Below, in pieces: positions 50,501 to 59,010 of a DNA stretch of 64,000 nt. A model generated the notes under the pieces. That model ran no database searches. It saw nothing but the letters and a program-made list of their open reading frames with translations, and was not told where the DNA came from. How positions within the stretch are numbered: position 1 is the first letter of the stretch; each line of letters opens with the position of its first letter. Location: positions 53,580,464 to 53,644,463 of the forward strand of contig NC_043011.1 in NCBI RefSeq assembly GCF_006345805.1, given 5' to 3'. The stretch is from Octopus sinensis (taxonomy: Eukaryota). Position numbers and translations under genes: made by a program.

Positions 50501-53500
50501 ATATTTTATAATATCTTGCCTAAGCAGAAAGCACAGTTTTTTGGTGGGGAGGGAATATAGTTTTATTATATAATTTCATATTTATTTTACCAACCTTCTG
50601 AGGGACGAAAGACAAAATTGACTGATTTCAGAAACATTATGATCTATAATTGCACAAAAAAAAAAAAATTGTTATAATTTTACGTAGCAATAAGATATTC
50701 TCAAAGTTGGTATTAGAATCTTTTTTTTTATTATCTGAAACTCCCAATTACACACACACACTCAAGAAAAAAAAAACAAAACATGTTTTCCAACTGGTTT
50801 TCTTCAGTTTTCCCATTTAATGTATTCCTATGAATGTATGTGTAACAACACAGCCTACTTTTCATTCTACAGTTTTGTATCTTTCTTCTCTTTTTCATTC
50901 TTCTCTCTATCAAAAGTAATCTAATTTTATGTTGATACTGTCTATAATTTAGCAACAAATTTCTTAAAATTTGAAACAGTTTTGAATTTCAGCATTTTAA
51001 ATGCTAACATCCAAAATTGTTACAAATTCCATTCTATACAAAAATCAAGATATCTGGTATAAGAATTTCATTTAATGTTTTTATTCCATGAACGAATGCC
51101 ATTAATTCTCTAACTTAATTTATATATTTTTCTTTCCATGTATGAGAGTAGATTTGTCTATTTCTATTTTTTTAAAACCATTTTAAATATGTTTGGAATA
51201 AATTTCCTCAAATAAATTAAGATCCCTGCTCTCATTTGTTAGGTATAAATAACACTACATTATACCCAGTTGGGTTTTGTTTATTGATGAAGGCAACATT
51301 TGGTATTTTTCTTTCATTCTTCCATCCAACATTACCAAATTGTTGCTATTTTTATAACGAGAAGGTTCAGTGCCAGTCTATGTTCATTCTAGGATTGTGT
51401 TTCACATCCCCCAACACCGACCAATCTATCCCAATCTCCAAGTGGAACAAGTGTGTCCTCCTATCCAGAGGAGATAGAGAACCTTAACAGTCCGACAAGC
51501 TGGTCGGTGGGCACTCCAGTAAGTGGGTTTGGGTTGTCGTCACTTGTTTCCAGGGGTTCATGCTTTTGGTTTTTACTCACTATATTGGTCCCATCTACTA
51601 TTTTTCTTTTTCCTCTTTTTTTTCCCTCCTTTTCTCTTTGCTTTATTACTGGATCTTATCTGGAGCTTGGTGCACGCCACAACCTTTTATGCCCTCCCAT
51701 TTCCTGCTTCTATTGGCATTTTGTTTGTCATTCACATATCCCTGCTGCCACTTTTGAGTTTTCATAACTTATTGGTTTTAGGTCTATTAAAACATATTTT
51801 GTTGCACATACACATAATGTTATATAATAATAACTAGTTAGTATATATATATATTCTAGTTGTGCAGTAATTTTTTTTTTTCATCCTTGCAAAGCACAGC
51901 AATTGTCATTTATCACACTTTATATTCATCTTATTTGTTTGTCTTCCCTCCAAAATTAAGTGTAAATGTAACTGTTTCTTCATCAAACTTATATCATAAC
52001 TTTTTAGTTACGTCTTTCCTGAAGAAGGCTAATAACATTAACAAGCAAAATCATTATTGCTTAAATTATATTTCATAGAAAATATGACTGGATTTCTTGA
52101 ATTTTATTTTATGGTTAATTGTAAAATTACTTTCAAGAAGTTAACTTTCCATGTTTTTCATGCAAATTAAGAATTTCACACAAGATTCAACAGAATTAGT
52201 CATTAGTTTCTTTTAAATCTTTTTAATGCTATCATGATGGTGCATTATTAGAATATTGCACCGCAGAAATCTGGTCTCTTTTCTGATGTTATTGAGCAGA
52301 AATACCAAATTTTAATATCTACCTACCTCTAAGCTGGTCTGTTGGTATTGGATGCTAGTTACTAATAAGTTAACTCTGCACTTAATATTTCTGCTTCATC
52401 TCTGAAAATAAGGATTGGCCACTACTTTTCATACACTATGGTTATGTGTTTGCAAGATTGATGTTCATTGCATTTTTTTTCCTCCAATTTAAACTTTTTG
52501 CTATTAACTTATATTAACTACAAAATAATTAAATTTAAAATATTAACAGATATATTTCTTAATTTTCTGCTTATCACACTTTTTCCAATTTATTTTTCGA
52601 TACTGTGAAATAAATGATTGACATAACTGAATTTAAAAAATAATAATAATAATAATAATAATAGAAATTTTCAATAGTGTTTTTGTTGACATAATTGCAT
52701 GCAAAATGTTTGCCATCACAAGTCTGTCATCTTAGATCACTTTCCATCATCTCAAAACAACATTCTCTCTTTCTTTCTCTCTCTCTCTCTCTCTATTTTT
52801 TCCACTGTGTGTGTTTGTGTGATGCAAAAATAAGCTTTTATATATTGGTTTGTCAATTAGATTTAGATATTGTATATGATGTATTATCTTGAGACAAATA
52901 ACTTTTCTAATGAGAGAATATATTTTGTAAAATCTTTAAAAAAAATCTATTTTAGTTACCTGAGTGTGAGTGCATAAATTGACTGAATATCCATCCAAAT
53001 ATAGGGATTTTTTTTTTTTGTTTAGAATTGTAAACAAAATGTTGATGCTAGTTTTCTTTGAAATTTCGTCTGTTTTTGGAGTGACAAATAAGATCTATAA
53101 GGTGTAACAGTGTCTTGTGAATGAATTAGAAAAGAAAAAAGTCAAGTTATTTTCATTTTCCTTTGTGGTATACTGATACAGCATTTAGTTTTGTTTTCTC
53201 TCACTTCTATCAGTTTCAAAGAATTACTCTAACAGACTGTACATCGTTAGAAGAAACTGTATTGATAGCTTCTGTTAGCCAAGTCAAGATATAGTGGAGA
53301 GTGAAGTACATTTATATTTATTACTCTTGGAAAAGTAATAAAAAGAAAACTATGATGTTGTTCTAGTAGTTTCCTCGATTTATAAATGAGGTATTATGTT
53401 ACCTGAACATTAATCCAATCCAGTTTGTAATTATAGCATTAAGTAATTTCTGTGTAATGTTTGTGTTTTATCATATGGTTATTGTTATCGAAATTAGAAG

Positions 53501-53628
53501 TTCCCAAACGTGTTTAGGATATTATTATATTCTCTGCTTGATTTTTACCAGCTAGTAATTGTTATCTAAAGCGTTCTGTTCTAAAGTGATCATAAGTGGC
53601 TTCCACTATGTGTGTTGAAGTGTGTGTA

Positions 53629-53668
<40 letters not shown>

Positions 53669-56600
53669 TGCATATATGCATATATGGTTGAGAATACAGA
53701 TTCTTCTATTTACAAAACGGTATTGAAACAGAGCTACGATCACAATATTGATAATTTTTTAGTCTACTCATTTTTGATGCATTCATAAATATTTATTGAT
53801 CTTAATTTGGTTTCATTGAGTTTAATTTCGGTACATAGCTTCAGATTCCAGTCATAAATAAAACAAATCATTGAATCGCTCACAAATGTTAGCATTTTAA
53901 TTTAAGCCTAGATCTGATGTGTCAAGCCTTCCATCCATCTACACTTGCCTGCATTATATAACACCTTTTTTATTTTCAGTTTCTTCTCTGTTTTTGTTCA
54001 TTACCATGCATGTTTGTCTTTGTATTTCTGTTGTTTGTGTTCAGTCTGTAAGGTGGATGGAGTTAGAAGCATTATAACTACGATGAGACTTCCGTTTCAT
54101 TTTCTTTATTCTTTAAAAGTTTGTGCTGTAAAAACAAAACTGTTCACAACATTTAACATACTCTATTCACACGTTTTGTTGTAGTTAAGGTATGACAACT
54201 TAAAAGTGGCTCTGTGGGTAGCTTCTTGTATCTTTCCTGTGATCACTGTCTTCTGCACTATATTCTTGATAACTGAAAATGGTCAGAAAACAATCTATTG
54301 TAAAAAGTCTGTAATGAAGTGAACACATTTTACTTGCATTATTTTCTGTTATATTGTTGTGTTTCCAAAGTTGCTTAGACATGTCTTCATTCCTGTGTCT
54401 GTTGGTCTTCTATGTATGTTTGCATTTAGTATGTATGTGTGGATGCATGTTGTCTTCTGTTCTTTTCATCAGTTGGTTCACATGCTAAGATGAATTGTCT
54501 GTAAATATTTCAGGAGTTTTTATTCTGCTTTTTTATTTGTTAATTCTTTCAACCAATTGAACTGTTTTTTGTTAACGATCATTGCAATCAAACCAGTACA
54601 CCACAGCTTTTAGAACTCATTTTAGGTAGCTTGATTTCTTATTTTTCTGTATATTCTGGAAGTTCCTTTCCTTCTAGATGTCTAATGTTACTAATGTTAA
54701 CACTGCTGCTTTTTAATTTCTAGATGTTCTGTAAAAATCTGGAACATTTATCCAGATTAGTTTTGGATTAGCAGTTTATATCTGTTTTCACTATAATTTA
54801 ATTTGGTTTTAAGATTCTAATGTTATGTTCATGTACAAAACTGAACATTTTACTAAATTTTCCATTCTTAGAAGTTTCAATTTAAAACCTAAAATCTTTA
54901 CACTAGAATGAAAGTGATTTTAATTGACAAAAAAAATTTTTCTTATGTTAAGTACATTGCTCCATTACAAAGGTTTTGTGTGATTGTGTATGCGTAAATA
55001 TGAGGTAGTATCATAAAGTTCCTGGGCTAGTTCTGTAGCGCACCAACAGATGGCGGCATACATTTGCATGCACCACGAGAGCTAGCAGTGACCTTCATGA
55101 GGCAGTGTGCTGAGTGACATTGCAGTGTTTACTCCATAAGATGTGAAATTTGTGATCACATGTATGCTGCAGTCTGTGATTTTAGGACGTTAGCACAAAA
55201 AGCCAATGTGAAATTTTGCATTAAACTTGGGAAGTCTGCTACAGAGCAGACTATTGAGCATGTTTAAGCAAGCTTACGGTGACAAGGCAGTGGGTTGTAC
55301 GCAATGTTTCAAGTGGAATGGGCACTTCAAAAGCAGAAGAATATCCATGGAAGATATGCCACAAGTATCATCCCTGGAAATGTGGCATTGTGCATCAAGA
55401 ATTTGTACCCCAGGGCCAGACTGTCAGTTGAGAGTTCAAGTGTGACATTTTGAAGTGGTTGAGGGAGGACATTTGATAAAAGGGACAGGATCTGCAGAGC
55501 GTGAAGAATTGAATTCTTCATGACAACATTGCACCCTGTCACCAGGCTCTCTTTACTTGTGAGTTTCCCACCAAAAACATGGTATTGCTTCTGCATCCAC
55601 CCTATTCGCTAGATTTAGTAGCTGTGGACTACCATTTCTTCCTCAAGATGAAAATACAGCTTGGCAGTTACTGTTTTAACAATGTTGTCAAAATCCAGGG
55701 CAAATCACTCGCTTATGGAAGACATCTTCCAGGCCGGATTCCAAAAGTGGCGGGAACATGGGGACCAGTTCATTGCTGAACAAGGTGACTATTTGGAAGG
55801 AGATGATGTGAAAAACTTAGGAAAATAAGTTATATTTTATTAAACATAACTAGTCCTGGAACTTTTTGATACCACTTCATAAGACAAATGATTGCATCAA
55901 TTTGTAGGCAATAAATGCTAGGTCATAAAGATTTTAATTTGTAATCTATATCCTTTATTTTATAGATGCAGTTTTAATTACTGTTTAAGTGTTTAAATAT
56001 TACTTATGAATTTTCTATGATATTTAATTTTAGTTAAAAATATTTCTAGTTGTTAGTTATTTCAACTTTTGCTGGTTAGTTTTAATTATCTGTTTGCTAA
56101 TTGTTGATTTTTTTTTTACTTCTTGAAAATCTGTTTTTAACTATTCTTTTATGGTTGTTTTCCTCTGTAGAAACCTGGACAGACTGCCGACTTACACAAG
56201 TTATACACCATGGGGGATGAACCAGATAGAAAAACTTTTCTAGATCGGTTATTATATTTTCTAGAAGAGAAAGGTACACCTATAACATCAATGCCTCAAA
56301 TCAGTAAACAGCCCCTCGATCTCTATAAACTGTACCACAGTGTAAAGGATAGAGGAGGAATGGTTGAGGTAAGTAGCTCTCTCTTGACAGCTTTTTATGT
56401 GTGTTCCTACATGGAATTGATCCAAGCTATTTGGTATTAGCAGAAAGTTAACAGGCTTATTAACCCTTTCGTTACCAACCCAGCTGAAACCGGCTCTGGC
56501 TTTGAATACAAATGTCTTGTTTTCATAAGATTTGAATTAAAATCTTCCACCAAACCTTAGTCACAATTTATGTTCCTAACATTAGCTGAATGATAACTAA

Positions 56601-58224
56601 GTTATTTTACTAAATTCTTTGTTATATTTAAAGTAATTGAAAGAAACACAGAGCATCTCAAAATAAATACAGTAACGAAAGGGTTAATGATTTTTCAGTA
56701 TTTTAGATTATAATTATTTAATTAAAAAATTACTTTGGAAGTATGTGGTTAAGGACATGGAGTGGGTCATTGTTTTAGGTAAGCGTAATAATTTTATGGA
56801 CTTTAGTGTTGGAATTATTATTACAAAATGGACGGAGTAGATAACTTTGATGACAAGATTCCTAACAATGTAGCATGCACCATTGCATATGTTACTAGTA
56901 GATAGGAGATTTAAAGTGTTAATTGTAAAGAGCTTATTACTGTTTGTAAGATTTACCTAAATGTTGACATGCAAACAATTTCTGTACTTTCTGCAGGTAA
57001 GCAAGGCTAAGAAATGGAAAGAGATCTGTGCAGTTGTGAACATAGGCTCTTCAGCAAGTGCTGCTTTCACTTTAAAAAAGAATTATGTTAGGTATTTATT
57101 TGCTATGGAATGCAAATATGACAAAGGAGGTATAGATCCAGCACCAATACTAGCACAAATGGAAGCAGCAATGCAACAGAAACGAGAAAGCAAACAGAGA
57201 AGAGCACCCTCACCAGGTGAGTTTGAAATTCTATTCGTTAATAATGCAACATGACTTTTCAGCCCTTTTTTATTTTTTTAAATTTTTCTGTTAATGTCAT
57301 TTTATTTATTTTGTTTTGTTCCTTCATTTCAGCTGGCTCCCAAGGCTCTTCTCAAGATGCATTCCGACCCCCTAGCACACCTAACAGCAACAGCCAAGGA
57401 ATGGACCCATTTTCTCCAAACATGCAATCCTATATAGGAGGCCCCAATTCTGAATCTAACATTGGTCCAATGAGCTCAACTATGATGCCTCACGGAAATA
57501 TGATGAACAGTATGAACCCTTCCAATAGCATGCTGGCTCAAAATTCTGTGGGTGGTCCAAATTCAAGTATGCTCCCTCCTCACCATATGTCTTCTGGACC
57601 AAACAGTATGCATGGCAATATGATGCCAGGGAACATGCCCCCTTCTAATAATATGATGGGGAATTCGTATGCCCCAAACAACATGATGCCAAACAATATG
57701 GGTCCAAATAATAATATGATGGCAAATAACATGGCAACATCAAATAACAACATGCTTGGTAACAACATGGGACCTTCTAACAACAATTTATCTTCCAACA
57801 TGAACCAGGCACCTCAAAATGAAAGTGACAGTGTTAGTGTTCAGGACCCATTTGCAGATGAGCCATGTGCCAGTGGCCCAAGTTATCCCAGGCAGAGTAT
57901 GAATTCGCAAATGCCACCCTACACTGGCATGCAATCACAGACTACCATGTCTGGTAATTATGGCTTCAATCGTCAAAATGCCCAGCACGGAATGTCACCA
58001 TACTCAAATATGAGCCAACAGTCTATGAACAACTTTTCTGAGAACCGAATTGGTCAGAATGAACAGTATAATGATGCCTATCGAAGGACAATGAGTATGG
58101 AGAATTTCAATAACAATAATAGAAATTCAGAAAATTTTGGTCCTGCAGCTACTCAATTTGGACCTCGGAATAGTCAAGTATCAGGTGCTCAGTTCCCATT
58201 TGGACCTCAGTTTGACCGTGAACG
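4932..58224 (+). CDS. ARID1: ARID1A/ARID1B/osa-type BAF subunit, 5'-partial spliced CDS: join(4932-5705,14097-14270,16673-17035,37700-37865,38722-38814,41723-41869,44188-45375,48265-48443,51393-51518,56171-56368,56997-57216,57333-58224), plus candidate small exons 14527-14586, 21503-21553, 22604-22642
   Basis: All junctions are AG/GT and phase-compatible, giving one open frame. It contains an ARID domain ([18 protein letters not shown]...PLDLYKLY...GGMVEV...KKWKE...AFTLKKNY), PTPTLNQLL and MPPRPPS motifs that I recognise from ARID1/Osa, and Q/P/S/G/M-rich low-complexity regions. Confidence 0.93.
6560..7110. repeat. CT-rich pyrimidine low-complexity tract
   Basis: (CT)n and C/T runs on the + strand. 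Confidence 0.9.
7139..7296. mobile_element. 158-bp MITE with GGGG...CCCC termini and an 8-bp target-site duplication
   Basis: Left end ggggtctttcgttttagg; the right end reverse-complements to ggggtatctttcgttttaagg. Flanks are cgtttcat (7131-7138) and cgtttctt (7297-7304). Confidence 0.7.
14097..14270 (+). CDS. ARID1: ARID1 exon ([10 protein letters not shown]...QPYGQQ), 174 nt, phase 0-0
   Basis: tttttttgttgcag| and CAG|gtaagt; Q/S/N/M-rich. Confidence 0.9.
14527..14586 (+). CDS. ARID1: Candidate small exon, 60 nt, [20 protein letters not shown], phase 0-0
   Basis: ttttatttttctag| ... AAG|gtaata. Exactly 20 codons with no stop, in a phase-0 intron. Confidence 0.6.
16673..17035 (+). CDS. ARID1: ARID1 exon ([14 protein letters not shown]...polyQ...NSPQ), 363 nt, phase 0-0
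   Basis: ttttttttgtgttcgtttcattgtag| and CAG|gttggt. Contains a 25-Q tract at 16844-16918. A second in-frame acceptor lies at 16698-16699. Confidence 0.85.
17185..17420 (-). mobile_element. Mariner 3'-end fragment, same family as 18680-19941, opposite orientation
   Basis: ctcaaaagttcccggctttgagtaaaa...ttaagccctgtaaaagaactcggaaagttggg aligns to the reverse complement of about 19740-19930. Boundaries are approximate. Confidence 0.7.
17900..18313 (-). mobile_element. Full-length tRNA-derived SINE with an internal (CA/TA) microsatellite and a 27-bp internal tandem duplication
   Basis: Both halves match the 62088 copy. tctaccaaattcactc(t/c)caa(g/a)gcttgg is duplicated at 18154-18180 and 18181-18207. 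Confidence 0.85.
18493..18677. mobile_element. TTAA-CCCTTTAGCATT MITE (piggyBac-like), degenerate
   Basis: ttaaccccttagcattca at the left end; the body is shared with 36827-37059, 40267-40778 and 62025-62535. Confidence 0.6.
18680..19941 (+). mobile_element. Decayed mariner transposon, about 1.26 kb
   Basis: TA-flanked ~29-bp imperfect TIRs (tacaaaggggtactgaaaaattcctggct / agccaggaagttttcagcatcctcttgta). Transposase remnants [20 protein letters not shown] and a PPYS.D-like motif, with stops and frameshifts. Confidence 0.88.
21261..21440 (+). mobile_element. Second tRNA-derived SINE family, degenerate
   Basis: ggcagtgagctggtcagaattgttagc (A-box-like) ... gagttcaaattcc (B-box) ... gactttacctttcatccttt. 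The 3' end is approximate. Confidence 0.7.
21503..21553 (+). CDS. ARID1: Candidate microexon, 51 nt, [17 protein letters not shown], phase 0-0
   Basis: tttattccttgcag| ... ATG|gtgagt. 17 codons, no stop. Confidence 0.65.
22604..22642 (+). CDS. ARID1: Candidate microexon, 39 nt, [13 protein letters not shown], phase 0-0
   Basis: (ttc)n...gtcgttctcag| ... AAG|gtaagt (consensus donor). 13 codons, no stop. Confidence 0.65.
24415..24514. other. Assembly gap (100 N)
   Basis: Run of 100 N; the true length is unknown. Confidence 0.99.
24520..25110. repeat. (TA)n/(TATG)n compound microsatellite array
   Basis: Read directly from the sequence. Confidence 0.95.
25111..25486 (+). mobile_element. Non-autonomous Helitron-like element nested in microsatellite
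   Basis: 5' TCTATATAAA; internal gtctgt repeats and ccgattctgatgaaactt; 3' imperfect GC hairpin (cctgagcaacgccggg) followed by CTAG then T; no target-site duplication. Confidence 0.7.
25487..26325. repeat. (TA)n/(TATG)n/(TG)n compound microsatellite array
   Basis: Read directly; includes a 60-bp-period duplication at about 25487-25605. Confidence 0.95.
26326..28523 (+). mobile_element. 5'-truncated, decayed RTE-clade non-LTR retrotransposon (RT, PHD-like finger, C-terminal region, start of 3' UTR)
   Basis: ORF 27078-27797 has [32 protein letters not shown] and FRYLG RT motifs. Upstream KAPGPSGI- and NYKGIKLL-like remnants and downstream GRGRPRKT...DRDLWR are present. Multiple stops and frameshifts. 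Confidence 0.9.
28524..31710. repeat. About 3.2-kb (TA)n/(TATG)n/(TG)n array
   Basis: Almost purely alternating T with A or G on the + strand. It is the source of the artefactual 300-600 aa ORFs. Confidence 0.97.
31715..32469 (+). mobile_element. Tc1-like transposon, 3' part, decayed
   Basis: Remnants [22 protein letters not shown] and [14 protein letters not shown]. The right terminus ...ttattttgttcaacccctgTA is Tc1-like. Confidence 0.8.
32537..32630 (-). mobile_element. SINE head fragment (62088 family)
   Basis: acatttgtccaagatgtcatggtagaggacttgaacccagaaccatgtgg matches the reverse complement of the SINE head. Confidence 0.65.
33830..34187 (+). mobile_element. CR1/L2-type LINE 3' fragment with a (TAAC)n tail
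   Basis: The + frame reads [10 protein letters not shown]...RLRGHSEKL...[21 protein letters not shown]...LFKVSLD.KW, typical of a CR1 ORF2 C-terminus. Tail taactaactaactaac. Confidence 0.8.
35883..36183 (+). mobile_element. RTE-type 3'-tail copy with a (GAT)n tail
   Basis: Tandem ggcacgt(a/t)aaa(a)gcacc units, then tggcgttaggaagggcatccagc...cggacgttaaac(gat)n. Confidence 0.85.
36827..37059. mobile_element. TTAA-CCCTTTAGCATT MITE (piggyBac-like)
   Basis: ttaactctttagcattca ... taaatgctaatggattattaa; the body is shared with the other copies. Confidence 0.7.
37700..37865 (+). CDS. ARID1: ARID1 exon (ESNNTFDEM...[21 protein letters not shown]), 166 nt, phase 0-1
   Basis: ttttcctctgtcctcag| and ACAG|gtaaac; open frame with an Osa-like TPSP.GS.GSRS motif. 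Confidence 0.88.
38383..38534 (+). mobile_element. Older RTE-type 3'-tail copy
   Basis: ggaaaggcatccagttgtaaaa...acccatgctagcatggaaaacgaatgttaaaac(gat)n. Confidence 0.75.
38722..38814 (+). CDS. ARID1: ARID1 exon ([19 protein letters not shown]...), 93 nt, phase 1-1
   Basis: ttttctcattattgaag| and CAAG|gtaacg; MPPRPPS motif of ARID1. Confidence 0.9.
40267..40778. mobile_element. piggyBac-like MITE interrupted by a minus-strand tRNA-derived SINE (about 40304-40649)
   Basis: MITE ends ttaactctttagca / tgctaaaggattaa. The SINE head at about 40580-40646 (reverse complement gtgaaggtgcatggctcagtagttagagag...gagttcaatttc) is flanked by duplicated caaatgta at 40296-40303 and 40650-40657. Confidence 0.75.
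41723..41869 (+). CDS. ARID1: ARID1 exon ([10 protein letters not shown]...YNSQFP), 147 nt, phase 1-1
   Basis: caattttcttag| and CCTG|gtgagt; open frame. Confidence 0.88.
44188..45375 (+). CDS. ARID1: ARID1 large exon (GSFHRQQNP...ANSSA), 1188 nt, phase 1-1
   Basis: ctttcctttgcttctag| and GCAG|gtaacc; lies within ORF 44115-45428; contains the [16 protein letters not shown] Osa/ARID1-like segment. Confidence 0.9.
47504..47730 (+). mobile_element. RTE-type 3'-tail copy with a 12-bp target-site duplication
   Basis: Flanks tgaattcttata (47492-47503) and tgaatccttata (47731-47742); (GAT)n tail. Confidence 0.88.
48265..48443 (+). CDS. ARID1: ARID1 exon (GNTATMVTQ...EPPEKKKK), 179 nt, phase 1-0
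   Basis: ttttgcttcttcag| and AAG|gttggt. Ends in PPEKKKK, which resembles a monopartite NLS. Confidence 0.85.
49568..49840 (+). mobile_element. RTE-type 3'-tail copy with a (GAT)n tail
   Basis: Same body as the 35883 and 47504 copies. Confidence 0.85.
51393..51518 (+). CDS. ARID1: ARID1 exon (DCVSHPPTP...[17 protein letters not shown]), 126 nt, phase 0-0
   Basis: ctatgttcattctag| and CCA|gtaagt; 42 codons. SP..W...TP resembles the segment just before the ARID in ARID1 proteins. Confidence 0.82.
54999..55881 (+). mobile_element. Internally deleted mariner transposon
   Basis: TA-flanked ~34-bp imperfect TIRs (tatgaggtagtatcataaagttcctgggctagtt vs reverse complement tatgaagtggtatcaaaaagttccaggactagtt). 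Remnants LHDNIAPCH and [16 protein letters not shown]. Confidence 0.88.
56171..56368 (+). CDS. ARID1: ARID1 exon encoding the first half of the ARID domain, 198 nt, phase 0-0
   Basis: ttttcctctgtag| and GAG|gtaagt; [57 protein letters not shown]. Confidence 0.97.
56464..56683. mobile_element. 220-bp piggyBac-like MITE
   Basis: Perfect 12-bp TIRs ccctttcgttac / gtaacgaaaggg with TTAA on both sides (56460-56463 and 56684-56687). Confidence 0.85.
56997..57216 (+). CDS. ARID1: ARID1 exon encoding the second half of the ARID domain, 220 nt, phase 0-1
   Basis: tttctgtactttctgcag| and CCAG|gtgagt; [42 protein letters not shown]. Confidence 0.97.
57333..58224 (+). CDS. ARID1: ARID1 exon after the ARID (N/M/P-rich, [10 protein letters not shown]), 892 nt, phase 1-2
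   Basis: ttgttccttcatttcag| and GAACG|gtaagt; lies within ORF 57251-58228. Confidence 0.9.
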
Positions 58225-58907
58225 GTAAGTATACATTTGTTGTTTTTCTCCTTTCTTTTCTTATTTTTAAAGATTACAGTTGTTTGTGAAATGTTAGTAT
58301 GAGTATGTGTGTGCCTGTCTGTGAATAGTCGAGCGTTGTAGAGGTTGCTTAGTATCTGGTTTTGATTGTTAGCTACTTAACTACTGTGTGAGAGTCTTTA
58401 TCACCTGTCCATTGATGGATGACTGATTACAGTGGAGCTGAAAATATAGCATGTTTATTCTTCCTTTTCTATTTTAAAATTTTTATTTTCCATGTATTTT
58501 TTTTTTTTCCATGCTGTAGTATATAATATAGTATACTTTTGTTAGCACAATTATGTTCAGCTGTGAAGTATTTGTCAATTAGATAATTAAAAAAAAACAA
58601 AAAACAAAAAAGCAGGCAGAGATATGTGGGGTGAGTGGGTGTACAACATACTAGTAATAATGTTTGGACTAATGACTTCATAGTACTTCAGCACCTTTCA
58701 AGCTTTTGACAATTTTTTCTTATGTGTATTAAATATTTATTTGTAAAATTATGTCTTTAGAATAATGATGTGTTTGCCAGGTTTAAAGGATGGTACTTTG
58801 ATGTTTTTACACAATTCCTATTTTTACACAATTCCTGTGTAAATCTGTGTTAGGTGTGATTGTTTGGATATTTGCTTGCGAAAGAGTGTAACTCAACAAT
58901 GATGTTG

Positions 58908-59010
58908 ATCATCATCATCATCGTTTAACGTCCGCTTTCCGCGCTAGCACGGGTTGGACGGTTCGACCGGGGTCTGGGAAGCCAGGGGCTGCACCAGGCT
59001 CCAGTCTGAT
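58908..59010 (-). mobile_element. Short antisense RTE-type 3'-tail copy
   Basis: The reverse complement differs from about 47631-47730 at only about 3 positions by eye; (ATC)n on the + strand. Confidence 0.9.
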
